From IMG/VR virus record IMGVR_UViG_3300029288_000060, positions 96,001-160,000 of that record: DNA of 64,000 nt; one strand, written 5' to 3'. Each line of letters begins with the position of its first letter. Positions within the stretch are counted from its first letter, which is position 1. Below are positions 19,173-29,844 of the stretch, piece by piece. Origin of the DNA: a virus (taxonomy: Duplodnaviria > Caudoviricetes). Made by a program: the position numbers and the translations under genes. The notes beneath the pieces are model-generated. The model was not told where the DNA came from and searched no databases. It saw nothing but the letters and a program-made list of their open reading frames with translations.

Positions 19173-22100
19173 TTATGTTTTTCCTGTTAGAATTCTTTCT
19201 ACCACATCTCCTTCTGCGGAAGCTTTCGCCATTCCAGAACTTACAGAACTAGCTAAACTATTTACAGAAGCGGCGAGTGCATTACTGATATTATTAATCA
19301 TCACAACTGAATTTTTACTAGTTTTATTTAGAGCGTCTAATGCTTCTTGATTGATATTATCTATATTAGCTTTTAATAAATCAGATTCAGTTATATTTAC
19401 TGATGACTGTATTCTTGCTACATCCTTTTTTGTTAAGACTGGCATATTAGGAATTTCTAAAACTGGTTGTGGTTGCTGTGGAATATTTGGTATTGATTTT
19501 TCTCTTATTGATGCAGTATTATTTTCAATATTAGTTGGCACTTTTGTGATAGCAGAAGGTATTGCAGCTGGAGCTGTTGAAGCTTCTATTGCTTTTTGTC
19601 CTGCTGACCCTCCACTTTTTCCAGCAACCATTAATGCTAATTTTTCTTCTGCGTTATATCTTCCAACTTCTTTTGGCCAATATTTTTTTCTTGCTCCGTA
19701 TAGTGCGGAAACTTGTTCCGCCGCGGAAGCTTTTCTTGTATCTCCAACACTTTGTTCTAGTATATTATCTGCAATAGGAAGCACACTTGGAACAAAACGA
19801 CCATGTTGAACTGATCCAGACCAAACAGCGTTTTGTACTCCTTCATCATTCATTTTAAAACCCTTACTTCCTGCCGCTCTTGCAGCCTTATCATAATGTG
19901 TTCTTTTTATATAAAGTTTTTGTGAATTATAAAAACCTTGAGGATCTCGTTGAGCAATTTCTCTCCATTTATTTTTAAAAGCTGGAGAGTTTATAGGACC
20001 TGCCCTTAACAATTCCTCTCCATAAACATTACCTTCAGAAGATTTTAAATAGTCTCCTAAAGTTCCTACTTTACTTGCTAATTGCCATGGTCCATATGAT
20101 ACTCCACCTTTATCACCTACTCCACTAGAGATTGTTGCTAATGATTTATTAATATTATTAGTTCCTGTTTCAAATTTTTGTGATACCCAACCAATAGATT
20201 TAGAAACTCCTTCCATAATTGCAGTTTTTACTTCAGATGCTTTTTTACCGACATATTCTCCTGCTTCTCTAGCTCCAGTTCCCACAGCAGCCGCCGCGGT
20301 TCTTACTTTTTCACTTGTATTAGTTATTGCTTTTTGTGATGTATCCCTAACATTAGTGGCAACATTTCTAACGGCTATTTCTGCTTTGTCTGTTGCTCTC
20401 GCAGCGGTTTCTTTAACGGCAACAGTTGCTGCAGTTGCTTTATTTACTACATTTTCTGCAGATAGATCAGAACTTGCTCCAGTTTCTTTTCTTGGTGAAC
20501 TTATTTCAAATCCTTTTGACATACTTCTTAATGTTGATATAGTATTTATTATACCACTTTCAATCCAGTCTGGAATAAATTTTTTAATTGCTCCAGGTAT
20601 TTTATCCCATATCCATTGTAACATGTTTGACCCCAAACCTATCATTATACGTTGGGGCCATGTAACAAGATTTACCATTTGTTTTCCAACATCTGCTACT
20701 TTTTCAAACAATGATTTTTCTGGATCTGAAACCCAAGCCATAAATCTATCTTTTAAATCTGCAAGAACTTTGAATGGATATGTTATAACACTAATTACAC
20801 TTTCAGATAATGTTTTTACTTTTTCCCAGATCCAATCCACGCCTTTAGCAACATTTTTACCACCTATCATTCCAAGCAAACCACCAGCTAATGCCCCAAT
20901 TCCGGCGCCTATTGGTCCAAACATTAATCCTATTCCAGCACCTTTTAACATTCCAGACATAGCGCCAGAAGCACCTCCTTCAGTTCCACCTAACACAGAT
21001 CCAATTCCTGCACCTACTTTAGAGGTTCCCCATTCTTCAGCTTGTTGTACTCCTTCATATGCATCTAAACCTAATAAAGCTCCACCGACAACTCCACCAC
21101 CAATTCTAGCAAATTTTGCAAATTTACCTAACTTACCTAGTTTTCCGGCCTTGCCTAACTTTCCAGCTTTTTTACTTTTCTTGGATACACTATCGCCTCC
21201 AATCCCTCCGGTATCAGTCATTACTCGTCTTCCCGCTAACATGGCAGGTAATTTTGTTAACCAGGATATTCCTTTGCTTACTATTCCAGTTAATGAACCA
21301 AAGGCAGTTTTCAAAAAACCAAAAGCAATCATTAACCATGTTGTAATTGAACTAAAGGATTTCTTCATCATTGAATGAGCTATACCTAATCTTTTTTCAG
21401 TGCCTTCAGTTGCTTTTTTAATTTTAGTTAGCGATGTTTTCCCTATTTTACTATCTTTGGCCATTTCTATATTGGGTTTTAAATATTTTATCATAGTATC
21501 ATATTTTTCCATTGACATGGAATAGAAAGTTGAAAAATCTTCTGATAATCTAACTTTTGGATCTTTACTTTTTGATAAAACCCTAGAATGTCTATTTTTA
21601 AAATATTTATAAATTGCAATTCCACCTGTTACAGCACCGGCTATCATCTTCCAATTAATATATGAAACAATTCTTTTTAAACTAATATTTAGAGGTTCTA
21701 GAGCTTCAATAAAAGCTTGTTTCATCTTTGAAATTGGTGTTACTACTTCTGCGGCGTGTATTATCGCTGCGCCGCTCTTTTTAACATATCCGCCACTTTG
21801 TAGTTTTGGTAATGTTTTTTCATTTTTCTTTGTTTCTCGTTTTTTAGATACCAAATTTTTTCCGCGTTCTTTTGTTCTGGACCATATATCTCTTATTTTA
21901 TTTCCAACAAAACTTACTGCCATGGATAACTTACTTTTAATTAATTCTGAAAAATGTTTAAAAACACTAGTTTCCATAAATTTGCCAGCAAAATAACCAA
22001 AAATTGGAGATGCTTTTGCTAAAGTCATTGCTACAAAATTTGTTTTATTGATGGCAAAATCCGCACTTATAGCTTGTCTGTATTCGCTTAAAGATTCCTT

Positions 22101-22484
22101 TGTTGTTCTCGCAGTGTCAAGTAATATTTTTTTAGAAGTTTTTCCTAATATACCAATAGTATAACCAAGTTTTCCTAAAATTTGTTGCACTGATTTTTCA
22201 ACTACTTTAACTTCTTTTGAAGATGACAATTCCTTCATTCTGATTTTTTGAATTAATTGTTGTTGTTGTTTTGCAGTTGAAGAAATTGATGATGATAAGC
22301 TCTTAAATTGTTTATGAGCATCCATTTGAGTTTTTTCTAATTGTCCTGCCAATGAATTAATATTTTTATGTTCTTTAGTTACTCTAACTTTGTCATCTAT
22401 TGATGTATCGGATAGAATATTTTCCATTTTTGCATCTTTTCGAAATTCTTTGCCATACTTTATTTCATCATGATAATCTGACAT
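19173..22484 (-). CDS. tape-measure-like protein with lysozyme-like (VgrG3 C-terminal type) domain
   Basis: GGYV..AIIHAAEVV motif; Gly/Ala hydrophobic helices; SGVGDKGGVSYGPWQLAS...AVWSGSVQHG muramidase-like motif. Confidence 0.7.
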   Translation of the reverse strand: MSDYHDEIKYGKEFRKDAKMENILSDTSIDDKVRVTKEHKNINSLAGQLEKTQMDAHKQFKSLSSSISSTAKQQQQLIQKIRMKELSSSKEVKVVEKSVQQILGKLGYTIGILGKTSKKILLDTARTTKESLSEYRQAISADFAINKTNFVAMTLAKASPIFGYFAGKFMETSVFKHFSELIKSKLSMAVSFVGNKIRDIWSRTKERGKNLVSKKRETKKNEKTLPKLQSGGYVKKSGAAIIHAAEVVTPISKMKQAFIEALEPLNISLKRIVSYINWKMIAGAVTGGIAIYKYFKNRHSRVLSKSKDPKVRLSEDFSTFYSMSMEKYDTMIKYLKPNIEMAKDSKIGKTSLTKIKKATEGTEKRLGIAHSMMKKSFSSITTWLMIAFGFLKTAFGSLTGIVSKGISWLTKLPAMLAGRRVMTDTGGIGGDSVSKKSKKAGKLGKAGKLGKLGKFAKFARIGGGVVGGALLGLDAYEGVQQAEEWGTSKVGAGIGSVLGGTEGGASGAMSGMLKGAGIGLMFGPIGAGIGALAGGLLGMIGGKNVAKGVDWIWEKVKTLSESVISVITYPFKVLADLKDRFMAWVSDPEKSLFEKVADVGKQMVNLVTWPQRIMIGLGSNMLQWIWDKIPGAIKKFIPDWIESGIINTISTLRSMSKGFEISSPRKETGASSDLSAENVVNKATAATVAVKETAARATDKAEIAVRNVATNVRDTSQKAITNTSEKVRTAAAAVGTGAREAGEYVGKKASEVKTAIMEGVSKSIGWVSQKFETGTNNINKSLATISSGVGDKGGVSYGPWQLASKVGTLGDYLKSSEGNVYGEELLRAGPINSPAFKNKWREIAQRDPQGFYNSQKLYIKRTHYDKAARAAGSKGFKMNDEGVQNAVWSGSVQHGRFVPSVLPIADNILEQSVGDTRKASAAEQVSALYGARKKYWPKEVGRYNAEEKLALMVAGKSGGSAGQKAIEASTAPAAIPSAITKVPTNIENNTASIREKSIPNIPQQPQPVLEIPNMPVLTKKDVARIQSSVNITESDLLKANIDNINQEALDALNKTSKNSVVMINNISNALAASVNSLASSVSSGMAKASAEGDVVERILTGKT

Positions 22485-22510
22485 TTTTTATAAATCTCCA
22501 TATAAAATTT

Positions 22511-23458
22511 TTAAGCTAAAGATTTTAGGCCTATTCTAATCTTTGGACTCATTTTAATATCTGAGTAACCACAGATTACTTCTGATGGATACATCATTTC
22601 TTGATAACAACCTTTAAGTGGATTTTTCCCAAAGACATCTTTATATGATTGATATAATGGAACAATTAAATATTTATATTTTTCTTTTGCTAAAGCAATA
22701 AATTGTGATATTTCGTATTGAGACATTATTCTTACTGAATTTACATAATCCTTTTTAACAGTATTAAATTCATTTTTATCTAAAGTTGAATAATCTTTTA
22801 ATTTATTTAAGTTGTTTGAAATACCTGTTAATGTAATGTTATCAGCAATTTCAACTTTTAAAAATAAAAATTTATAAATCTCTTCTATAACATTTTCCAA
22901 TGTTTTTTCTTTCTTAAGTTTGAAAATTGTAGTAAAATAATTTGAATAATAAGAGTTTAAATCATCTTTAAACAAACTTAAGAATTTGTAGGGATATTGG
23001 TGAGCATACATATGCATCATTTCATGAGTTAAACTCAATGTGATAGAATTATCTACTGCAATTACAGAGAAGGTATCTGTAATATGATTACTTATTAAAA
23101 TGATAATTTTACCTGAATTAAAATCATAGAAAGCGAGTACGTAATCTAATGGATGACCAATAGGTTTTTTTGCTCCAATAATAATTCGAACAATTCTTAA
23201 TAAACCACCACTTGTGTCATGAGAAATTCTTCGTTTAAAATAACTTAGAATACCACTGTCTGCAAAGCAAGGAATTATTTGTTTTTCATCTACCATTTTT
23301 TTAACTGTACCAATAATTAATTTACCTCTTTTTGTTTTAGAAATAGCTTCAATAAATTTTTCATTTAAACCTTTGGAACCATATAGAGATATATTTCCAA
23401 AAGTAACCACTTTTTCTAAACCAATGGGTAAAGCAAATAATTCCGTAAGATTATCCAT
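22511..23458 (-). CDS. HExxH-motif protein (possible zincin metallopeptidase)
   Basis: THEMMH. Confidence 0.45.
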   Translation of the reverse strand: MDNLTELFALPIGLEKVVTFGNISLYGSKGLNEKFIEAISKTKRGKLIIGTVKKMVDEKQIIPCFADSGILSYFKRRISHDTSGGLLRIVRIIIGAKKPIGHPLDYVLAFYDFNSGKIIILISNHITDTFSVIAVDNSITLSLTHEMMHMYAHQYPYKFLSLFKDDLNSYYSNYFTTIFKLKKEKTLENVIEEIYKFLFLKVEIADNITLTGISNNLNKLKDYSTLDKNEFNTVKKDYVNSVRIMSQYEISQFIALAKEKYKYLIVPLYQSYKDVFGKNPLKGCYQEMMYPSEVICGYSDIKMSPKIRIGLKSLA

Positions 23459-23492
23459 TAATCTATAACCCTCACTTACCTTATATTTTTAA

Positions 23493-23500
23493 TTTGTTCT
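23493..23500 (-). promoter_or_regulatory. AGAACAAA candidate phage promoter element
   Basis: Intergenic, oriented toward ATG 23458. Confidence 0.5.
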
Positions 23501-23509
23501 ATTTGTTTT

Positions 23510-25150
23510 TTATCCTCTGTTATAAAATGATAAAGTATTAATTAAATTATCGTTTGGATTGGTTGTATTTTCTTTTACATGTTTCATAATGTCAGAATTT
23601 GTCATAAAAGTATCATCGCTTTTTGAATCGTTCATATTTAAAATTTTAGTAAACGCGCTTTCTGCAACTTTGTTATTATCTAAAAATAATGGAGGGTCAT
23701 ACTTTCTAACGTACATACAGAATGCTAATGTCAAAGCTAAGTCGTCATGACATCCTGAATCCCCTTCAACTCTGCCATTTTTACTAACTAATCCAATGAG
23801 TTCTAGCGCTAATCTTTGAGACTTGACCATTTCAGGAAATTGGTTTACATAAGAATATAATGCATCTATCATTAATGGTCTAGTTTTCATGTTATTTGAA
23901 AGTCCTGGAACTATTTTATTTTCTCCTCTTTTTTCTTTGTACATCATTATTGAATATTCACTATTATTTATTTCTTCCATAACTTGGTTTCCATATGAAT
24001 TATTTTCAATAACAATTGTTCCATTGTATGAAGCCGCTGCATATTTTACTACTTTTACAAAATCTTTAACCTGACATTTAGTTTGATATTCCCACACTTG
24101 GTTTAATGTCTCATAATCCCATATAGTAATAGCAGATTTATCTTCGCCAAACTCTGGAGCTGTATCAACTCCAATTATATAATGTTTTCCTGGAATTGAA
24201 TTTTCAAATTTCCAAATTTCACCTTCAAATAATTTAAAAGTCTCAATAGGAGTTATTGAACCTTCTTGTAATTTTAAACAAACTTGTTCATCAAAAAATG
24301 AACCACTTGAAGGAAGAAATTTAAGTTCAAGTTCTTGTTCAATTTTTCTATTATCATTTTCAAACATTTCACACTGATTTTTATACCAATTTGGATCATT
24401 TGCTAATTCTGGAATATCTTTCCAGTAAACAATAAATACTTTAAATATACCTTCTTTTGACATAGCTTTTTGATATCTATTAAAAAACCATGCTCCCATT
24501 CCAGTAGTTTTATTTGGTGTTGAAATAACTAAAACTCCATATGGAGTTCCTGATTTTCTAGCAGCTTTTGCAGCAGTACTAAGTGCTGGTACTAAAGCCG
24601 TCCATGCAATATCCAATTTATTTATGAATGCGGCTTCATCAATTACCAAAAATGTTACTGCTTTACCACGAAGAGTTTTTTCAGGAGCATTCGGATTTAC
24701 TGTTGCTGTAAACAATTTAGAACCGTTTGTTAAAATAAAACTTTGTTCTGATTTTTTATCAAAACAACCGCCTTCTCGTCCTTTCTTTGGAGTTAAAAAG
24801 CTTGGTAACTTTTCAATCATATTTCTAATAGCTCTTGAAAAGTCTGTGCTCTCTCGGCCATCTTTTGAGATTACCCCAATTACAACATTGTCATAAAAAT
24901 TTAATAACCAAGCACAGTAAGCTTGAGTGGTTGTGCTTATTCCAGTTTGACGAGTTTTTAAACAAATTATATTTTTATACTTTTGAATAGATCTAACGAA
25001 TTCTAATTGTTTTTGATAAGGTACATATAAAACATCTCCACCGGCTAATTCTAAATAAATATATCTAGTCGCGAAATATTCAAAATCATCTTTACATTTT
25101 ATATATTCCTCAACTTGCCATTCTACCTTATCTTTAGTTTGTTGTTTCAT
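23510..25150 (-). CDS. terL: terminase large subunit (T4 gp17-like)
   Basis: KTRQTGIST Walker A, LRG..LVIDEAAF Walker B, ISTP, IGVD and HDDL RNase H-like nuclease motifs. Confidence 0.9.
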   Translation of the reverse strand: MKQQTKDKVEWQVEEYIKCKDDFEYFATRYIYLELAGGDVLYVPYQKQLEFVRSIQKYKNIICLKTRQTGISTTTQAYCAWLLNFYDNVVIGVISKDGRESTDFSRAIRNMIEKLPSFLTPKKGREGGCFDKKSEQSFILTNGSKLFTATVNPNAPEKTLRGKAVTFLVIDEAAFINKLDIAWTALVPALSTAAKAARKSGTPYGVLVISTPNKTTGMGAWFFNRYQKAMSKEGIFKVFIVYWKDIPELANDPNWYKNQCEMFENDNRKIEQELELKFLPSSGSFFDEQVCLKLQEGSITPIETFKLFEGEIWKFENSIPGKHYIIGVDTAPEFGEDKSAITIWDYETLNQVWEYQTKCQVKDFVKVVKYAAASYNGTIVIENNSYGNQVMEEINNSEYSIMMYKEKRGENKIVPGLSNNMKTRPLMIDALYSYVNQFPEMVKSQRLALELIGLVSKNGRVEGDSGCHDDLALTLAFCMYVRKYDPPLFLDNNKVAESAFTKILNMNDSKSDDTFMTNSDIMKHVKENTTNPNDNLINTLSFYNRG

Positions 25151-25166
25151 TTTTTATTTTCCCATC

Positions 25167-26411
25167 TTATATATACTGATTTGTCCTCATAATCTCTATT
25201 ACACATGAGCTAGTCCAGTCTGCTTCTGATCTAGAAAAATTTATATCACTAGATTTTAAAACATATTTATTCCCTAATGGAACATACTCAAGCGATCCAC
25301 ATTTTACCTTTACAACTTCTCCAACTTTCATTAATTTCATCATAGGAAGATCTTTTTCAAGCGCGATTTTAACTGTTGAAAGATCTGATATTTCTTTTGC
25401 AATTGCAGCAATTGCAAAAACATCTGAGGCATCATTTCCAGAATGAGAGGTAATATATCTTTCTCTATCATCTAAATTTAAATCAAGTTTTATTTGACCT
25501 TCTTTAGCAATCAACCCATATTTTAAACATGCTTCTTTTACATCTATTGTTATTTTTCGTGATAATTCATCTTTAGGGTGTACAATATAATGAACTTTTT
25601 TACCAAGAGCTGTAATTTTTGAGCTTCCTGAATATTTATTTTCTAGGGACCCATAAGTATAAAAGGTTTTCCCATCTGTACATTTTTTAATTATTTCTTT
25701 ATTGTTTGCATTATCAGATGCTAATTGATAAACAGTAAATTCTTGTTTCTTACTCATTTTTTTTGTTAAATTTTGAATGTATACTTTATTATCATACTGA
25801 CAAAAACCTAAATTAGTTGCTCCTTTAAATAAGCCGAAATATTCATCTAAATAAGAAATTGTATAATATAATGTTTGAGGAGGCAAAACAATCTGTGAAA
25901 TTGGATCCTTGTTTTCGTCATCAGAATCATATACTAATTCCGCACCAACTTTTTTAACTAATTCTGTAATTATTTGTCTTGGAGTTTTTTCAATATATGC
26001 TTTATCAGCATCAACTTTTGACATCATTGTTTTAAAAGGTTTTCTTCCAACAGTAATTATTTTAACAATTGATCTATCTTTTGTTTTTCCTTCAGACATT
26101 TGTTCTTTCGGTTGTGCAAATGAATTATGGTTAACATATTGAAGTTCCATCTCAATATCTTCTTGGGGAATTTTTTCTAATTCTCTACCAATTAATTTGA
26201 TAGATAATTTTATTGGTTCTTTCCCCATTATATCTTCTAACGTTAAATTATTTGGATCCAAAGAAAGTTCTAACACAACTATTTGATATGGAGTATTTAA
26301 TGATGAAACTATTCTAACTGTTCGTATATCATTTGTGTAATCTAGTTTTTTAATTTTTACTTTAATATCATATGAATGTACAGGGGTATAAACTCTCTTT
26401 TTTTCTGGCAT
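25167..26411 (-). CDS. putative baseplate hub / tail protein
   Basis: 414 aa; assignment from context and size only. Confidence 0.4.
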   Translation of the reverse strand: MPEKKRVYTPVHSYDIKVKIKKLDYTNDIRTVRIVSSLNTPYQIVVLELSLDPNNLTLEDIMGKEPIKLSIKLIGRELEKIPQEDIEMELQYVNHNSFAQPKEQMSEGKTKDRSIVKIITVGRKPFKTMMSKVDADKAYIEKTPRQIITELVKKVGAELVYDSDDENKDPISQIVLPPQTLYYTISYLDEYFGLFKGATNLGFCQYDNKVYIQNLTKKMSKKQEFTVYQLASDNANNKEIIKKCTDGKTFYTYGSLENKYSGSSKITALGKKVHYIVHPKDELSRKITIDVKEACLKYGLIAKEGQIKLDLNLDDRERYITSHSGNDASDVFAIAAIAKEISDLSTVKIALEKDLPMMKLMKVGEVVKVKCGSLEYVPLGNKYVLKSSDINFSRSEADWTSSCVIEIMRTNQYI

Positions 26412-26447
26412 CTAGTTCAATATCTCCTTTCTTTAAAACTTTTTTCT

Positions 26448-26765
26448 CTATTCGTGTTCTACATATTTTTTTAATAATGTATAATAATCATCACCTTTCC
26501 CTGTTCCTGGAACTTCTTCCATATGAACAAGCGCAATCTTGCCTGTCATAATAGGATCATCATTTGTTACATTAGTTTTTGGATATCTTAACCCGTGCTC
26601 ACGTTCAACATCTAACCCAATTCTAAAATTTTTTAATTCATGTTTAGACCAATCAACTCCAATTTTATCTCCAATTTCTTTAGCTTCTTCTAAAGTAAAA
26701 GTTTCTTTGGAAGCATTTATTTCTATCAAATATTTTTCTATAATTTTATTATATTTTCTATTCAT
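26448..26765 (-). CDS. DUF5661-like protein
   Basis: GLDVEREHG..TNVTNDDP..TGKIALVH.EE..YY; ATG 26765 follows GGAGG. Confidence 0.7.
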   Translation of the reverse strand: MNRKYNKIIEKYLIEINASKETFTLEEAKEIGDKIGVDWSKHELKNFRIGLDVEREHGLRYPKTNVTNDDPIMTGKIALVHMEEVPGTGKGDDYYTLLKKYVEHE

Positions 26766-26792
26766 GCTTGACGCCTCCAAATGTATTTATAT

Positions 26793-26800
26793 TTTGTTCT
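26793..26800 (-). promoter_or_regulatory. AGAACAAA candidate phage promoter element
   Basis: Between a terminator-like hairpin and the morphogenesis gene block. Confidence 0.5.
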
Positions 26801-26836
26801 AACAAAAAAATAAACAAAAAAATAATTTTAGAGGAA

Positions 26837-26878
26837 AAATAGAGGTCAAAGATAATATAAATTCTTTGACCTCTATTT
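26837..26878 (-). terminator. 16-bp hairpin, probable intrinsic terminator
   Basis: aaatagaggtcaaaga / tctttgacctctattt, U-run on minus strand. Confidence 0.7.
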
Positions 26879-26890
26879 CAACTTTTTTAA

Positions 26891-27124
26891 TTAATCTTTT
26901 TTATTTATTAATTTTTTAAGATCATTTAATACGTCATTTGCTATAGTATTAACAGTAACATGTAAAGCTGTGTATGCAGCTGCTCTTTCTTCTGGACCAA
27001 GTGTTTCAATCAAAGAATATGCAAATTCTAATGCTTCTTTCGTATTAGGTTTTGTAGCAAATAAACCATGATTTAATTTTTTCAAAAAATTATTTGTTTC
27101 TTCTATATTCATAATTTTATCCAT
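26891..27124 (-). CDS. hypothetical protein
   Basis: 77 aa ORF. Confidence 0.55.
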   Translation of the reverse strand: MDKIMNIEETNNFLKKLNHGLFATKPNTKEALEFAYSLIETLGPEERAAAYTALHVTVNTIANDVLNDLKKLINKKD

Positions 27125-28025
27125 TTAAAGTTTTCAATGTTGATTCAATTTCAACAGGAATAACTAACACTTTTTCAGCGATATCTTCCAATAATGACTT
27201 AATGTTAATATTTCTTTCAATAGTGGAGAAAAACGTGATTGCTAAAAATAATGTCCATGCATTAACTCTTCCATTGCTTTCTTTTGTTATTTCAGTAATA
27301 TATGTTGAAACATCTTTTCTTCTTTTCTTTCCTATTTTTTCTAACATATCAAATACTGATAATAAATGCTCTTCATTGATTTCTGTATTAAAGTTTGCAT
27401 CAATAATTTGATTAATATTATTTGAAAAAACTTCCATATATTTTCCTATTGATGCAGAAAAAGAAGTTCTTGCGTGAACGTTATGAACTTGTCTTAAATT
27501 ACCGATTTTACTTTTAAATCCAAATCCGAATACTCTATCATTAGTCTCTTCAAGAACACTAAAACCAAAATGAAATTCTCTAGCTCCACTTCCATCATAA
27601 GTATTTTTAACTACAACTTGAGGATAAACATCACCAACACGTGGAATAGAGGTACTGTTCTGAATTAATATTTCATTTGACATTCTTGTTCTATGAGGCT
27701 GATTTAAGTAAATATATTCTCTAAAAATTGGACTACCAACTTCAAGAATTGATTGCCGGATTTTTTGATTCATTACCTCATTGCCTTCAAATTGATACAA
27801 ATCTGATACATAACCAGCATAGTTAAACTCTATATTCTCTACTGGAGGTTTAGTAAAAATCGCATACATAGGTACATCTTTTAAATCTTTTGTTTGTAAG
27901 TGAGCATATATCACACTACCTATTGAATCATCATATTGAAAACATTCATTCCCAATATCACGCAAACCCATTTCTACTGCTCTGGATTGAAATGTTATTC
28001 TTGACATTTTTGTACACTCCTTCAT
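27117..28025 (-). CDS. DUF932-like protein
   Basis: VKNTYDGS motif, NAWTLF; likely start at MSRITF. Confidence 0.5.
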   Translation of the reverse strand: MKECTKMSRITFQSRAVEMGLRDIGNECFQYDDSIGSVIYAHLQTKDLKDVPMYAIFTKPPVENIEFNYAGYVSDLYQFEGNEVMNQKIRQSILEVGSPIFREYIYLNQPHRTRMSNEILIQNSTSIPRVGDVYPQVVVKNTYDGSGAREFHFGFSVLEETNDRVFGFGFKSKIGNLRQVHNVHARTSFSASIGKYMEVFSNNINQIIDANFNTEINEEHLLSVFDMLEKIGKKRRKDVSTYITEITKESNGRVNAWTLFLAITFFSTIERNINIKSLLEDIAEKVLVIPVEIESTLKTLNG

Positions 28026-28203
28026 CTACAATTTTGATTGTTACATCACAACCAAGCTCTTTTTCTAAAAATTTTATTTTTTCATCAAATTCATTATCAA
28101 TTTTTGTTGGAAACAAAAGAAGTTCAAATTTTTGTTTAACAGTAATTTTTTCTAGATTTAAAAATCTTATTATTTTATCTATGTTTTCTTCGTTAACTAC
28201 CAC
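27958..28203 (-). CDS. hypothetical protein
   Basis: 81 aa ORF, operon context. Confidence 0.45.
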   Translation of the reverse strand: MVVNEENIDKIIRFLNLEKITVKQKFELLLFPTKIDNEFDEKIKFLEKELGCDVTIKIVDEGVYKNVKNNISIQSSRNGFA

Positions 28204-28218
28204 AAATTTTCCTTTATA

Positions 28219-28839
28219 TTATTTTTCTATTCTTTCAACTAAAAATCTAAGATAAATATCTCGTCCATCAAATTTATAATTTTCTTGAATATGTAAAACT
28301 TTAAACCTACCTTCTAATTCAAAAAAGTACCTTGCTCTATCTACAGTCCATATAGAACAGTGTGGGCAATAAGGTTCATTTAGTAATTCAAACGTTGTTA
28401 TTATATCTTCCGATTCAAAATTTATATCATTAACATTTTCATTTAGAATCCTTTGTGCCAGTTTTTTATAATCAGGCACAATTACATCTATATATCCACC
28501 AATTTTTACGGAAGTTGATAATAGATAAATAAAATATAACAATTTAACTTTAGGAACATGTTCCAAAAATCTATACATTGTAATACAATCAAAGAGTAGA
28601 TGATATCTTTCAAGAAAAGTATATACATCTATATCCGAATTTAATACCATTTTACTTGTAGTATTTGAAATGGAATGGGAATTTATAATATCATTTATGT
28701 CTACTGGGTTAAAATACATTTGGTCTAAGTTAAGTAAAAAATGAACACGATTATATAACAAAATATTAGTTTCTGGAAATTCAATTGGTCTAATCTTTCC
28801 GCCGCCAATATTTAGAATTGCATTGCCATGGTATGACAT
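28219..28839 (-). CDS. class I SAM-dependent methyltransferase-like protein
   Basis: LNIGGG, FLEHV, GGYIDVIVPD. Confidence 0.65.
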   Translation of the reverse strand: MSYHGNAILNIGGGKIRPIEFPETNILLYNRVHFLLNLDQMYFNPVDINDIINSHSISNTTSKMVLNSDIDVYTFLERYHLLFDCITMYRFLEHVPKVKLLYFIYLLSTSVKIGGYIDVIVPDYKKLAQRILNENVNDINFESEDIITTFELLNEPYCPHCSIWTVDRARYFFELEGRFKVLHIQENYKFDGRDIYLRFLVERIEK

Positions 28840-28850
28840 TTTTCTTCTCC

Positions 28851-29576
28851 TTATAAGAATTCAATTGTAATACTATCAAAAAATGGTTGAAAGTAATAAT
28901 CAAAATATCTTTCTTTATCTATCTCATCTGTATCTATGATATTGATTAATGTTTCACCAATTTCAAATTGACCATATTGTTTTAAGAAAATATTATATTT
29001 ATTTTCACCAATGGGTATAGCATATAACTTTCCATTAGAAGAATTCAAAATTACATCTTTTATATTTTGTAAGCTTTTAAATATTGAATCTTTGATCATA
29101 TAATTAATAGATAAAATTTTTTTATAAAAATTATCTATTTCATCATATCTATATGCAATTCCTTTTATAGTTATTTTATTACCATCGGATGCAATAAATT
29201 TTGTTCTATCTAACGAAATAATAAAAACTGAATAAATTTCTCTTAACTCTATTGGTAAATATTGATCAGTTACTATAGCTAAAGGTTTTGTTGACATAAA
29301 ACCATCGTACTGTCTAACTATAATATTATCAAGAGAGATTTTATTTCTTAAAATATATTCATCAATTAAAGAATTAGTAGTCGATCGTAAGATACTTGTT
29401 AGTTTTGGATTATCTCTCATCATTTTACCTATCTGAATATTTCTAGTAAGTTTATTTTCTTTTTCAATATTTGAAATATCCAAATTCAAGTTTTTTAATA
29501 TATTATAATGACAAGAAGAAATGTCATAAGAATATACATTATTTAAAAATAGTCTGCAATTATTATTGATGTTCAT
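28851..29576 (-). CDS. small DNA-polymerase palm-like protein
   Basis: YSYDISSCH (motif A-like), VRQYDGF (motif C-like), IKG, IDKERY. Confidence 0.45.
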   Translation of the reverse strand: MNINNNCRLFLNNVYSYDISSCHYNILKNLNLDISNIEKENKLTRNIQIGKMMRDNPKLTSILRSTTNSLIDEYILRNKISLDNIIVRQYDGFMSTKPLAIVTDQYLPIELREIYSVFIISLDRTKFIASDGNKITIKGIAYRYDEIDNFYKKILSINYMIKDSIFKSLQNIKDVILNSSNGKLYAIPIGENKYNIFLKQYGQFEIGETLINIIDTDEIDKERYFDYYFQPFFDSITIEFL

Positions 29577-29776
29577 ACACCACTATCTTTAACTTTCCAT
29601 CCACACATATTCGGATTAATACCTACTTTTTCTAGTTGTTTAACTAGATCTGGATGAACCCATACTTCTACCTGAGGATCATCTCCATCTATTTCAGTTA
29701 ATAATAAAAATATTCCTGGAGGAAGAGTTGCTGTTAAAACTCCTTTTCTTAAATTATATGGTCCTGATTTTCTCAT
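29573..29776 (-). CDS. hypothetical protein
   Basis: 67 aa with GAGGT SD. Confidence 0.55.
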   Translation of the reverse strand: MRKSGPYNLRKGVLTATLPPGIFLLLTEIDGDDPQVEVWVHPDLVKQLEKVGINPNMCGWKVKDSGV

Positions 29777-29844
29777 TACTTCACCTCTATTCTATATTCA
29801 AATTATTTCAAAACTTATTTTTAGAATATTATTGTCGGAATTTG

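Noticed and set aside
19351-21378. Long plus-strand ORFs (152 and 340 aa) and similar antisense ORFs such as 122-475
   Set aside because: They are shadows of real minus-strand genes in the complementary frame, with no SD or motifs.
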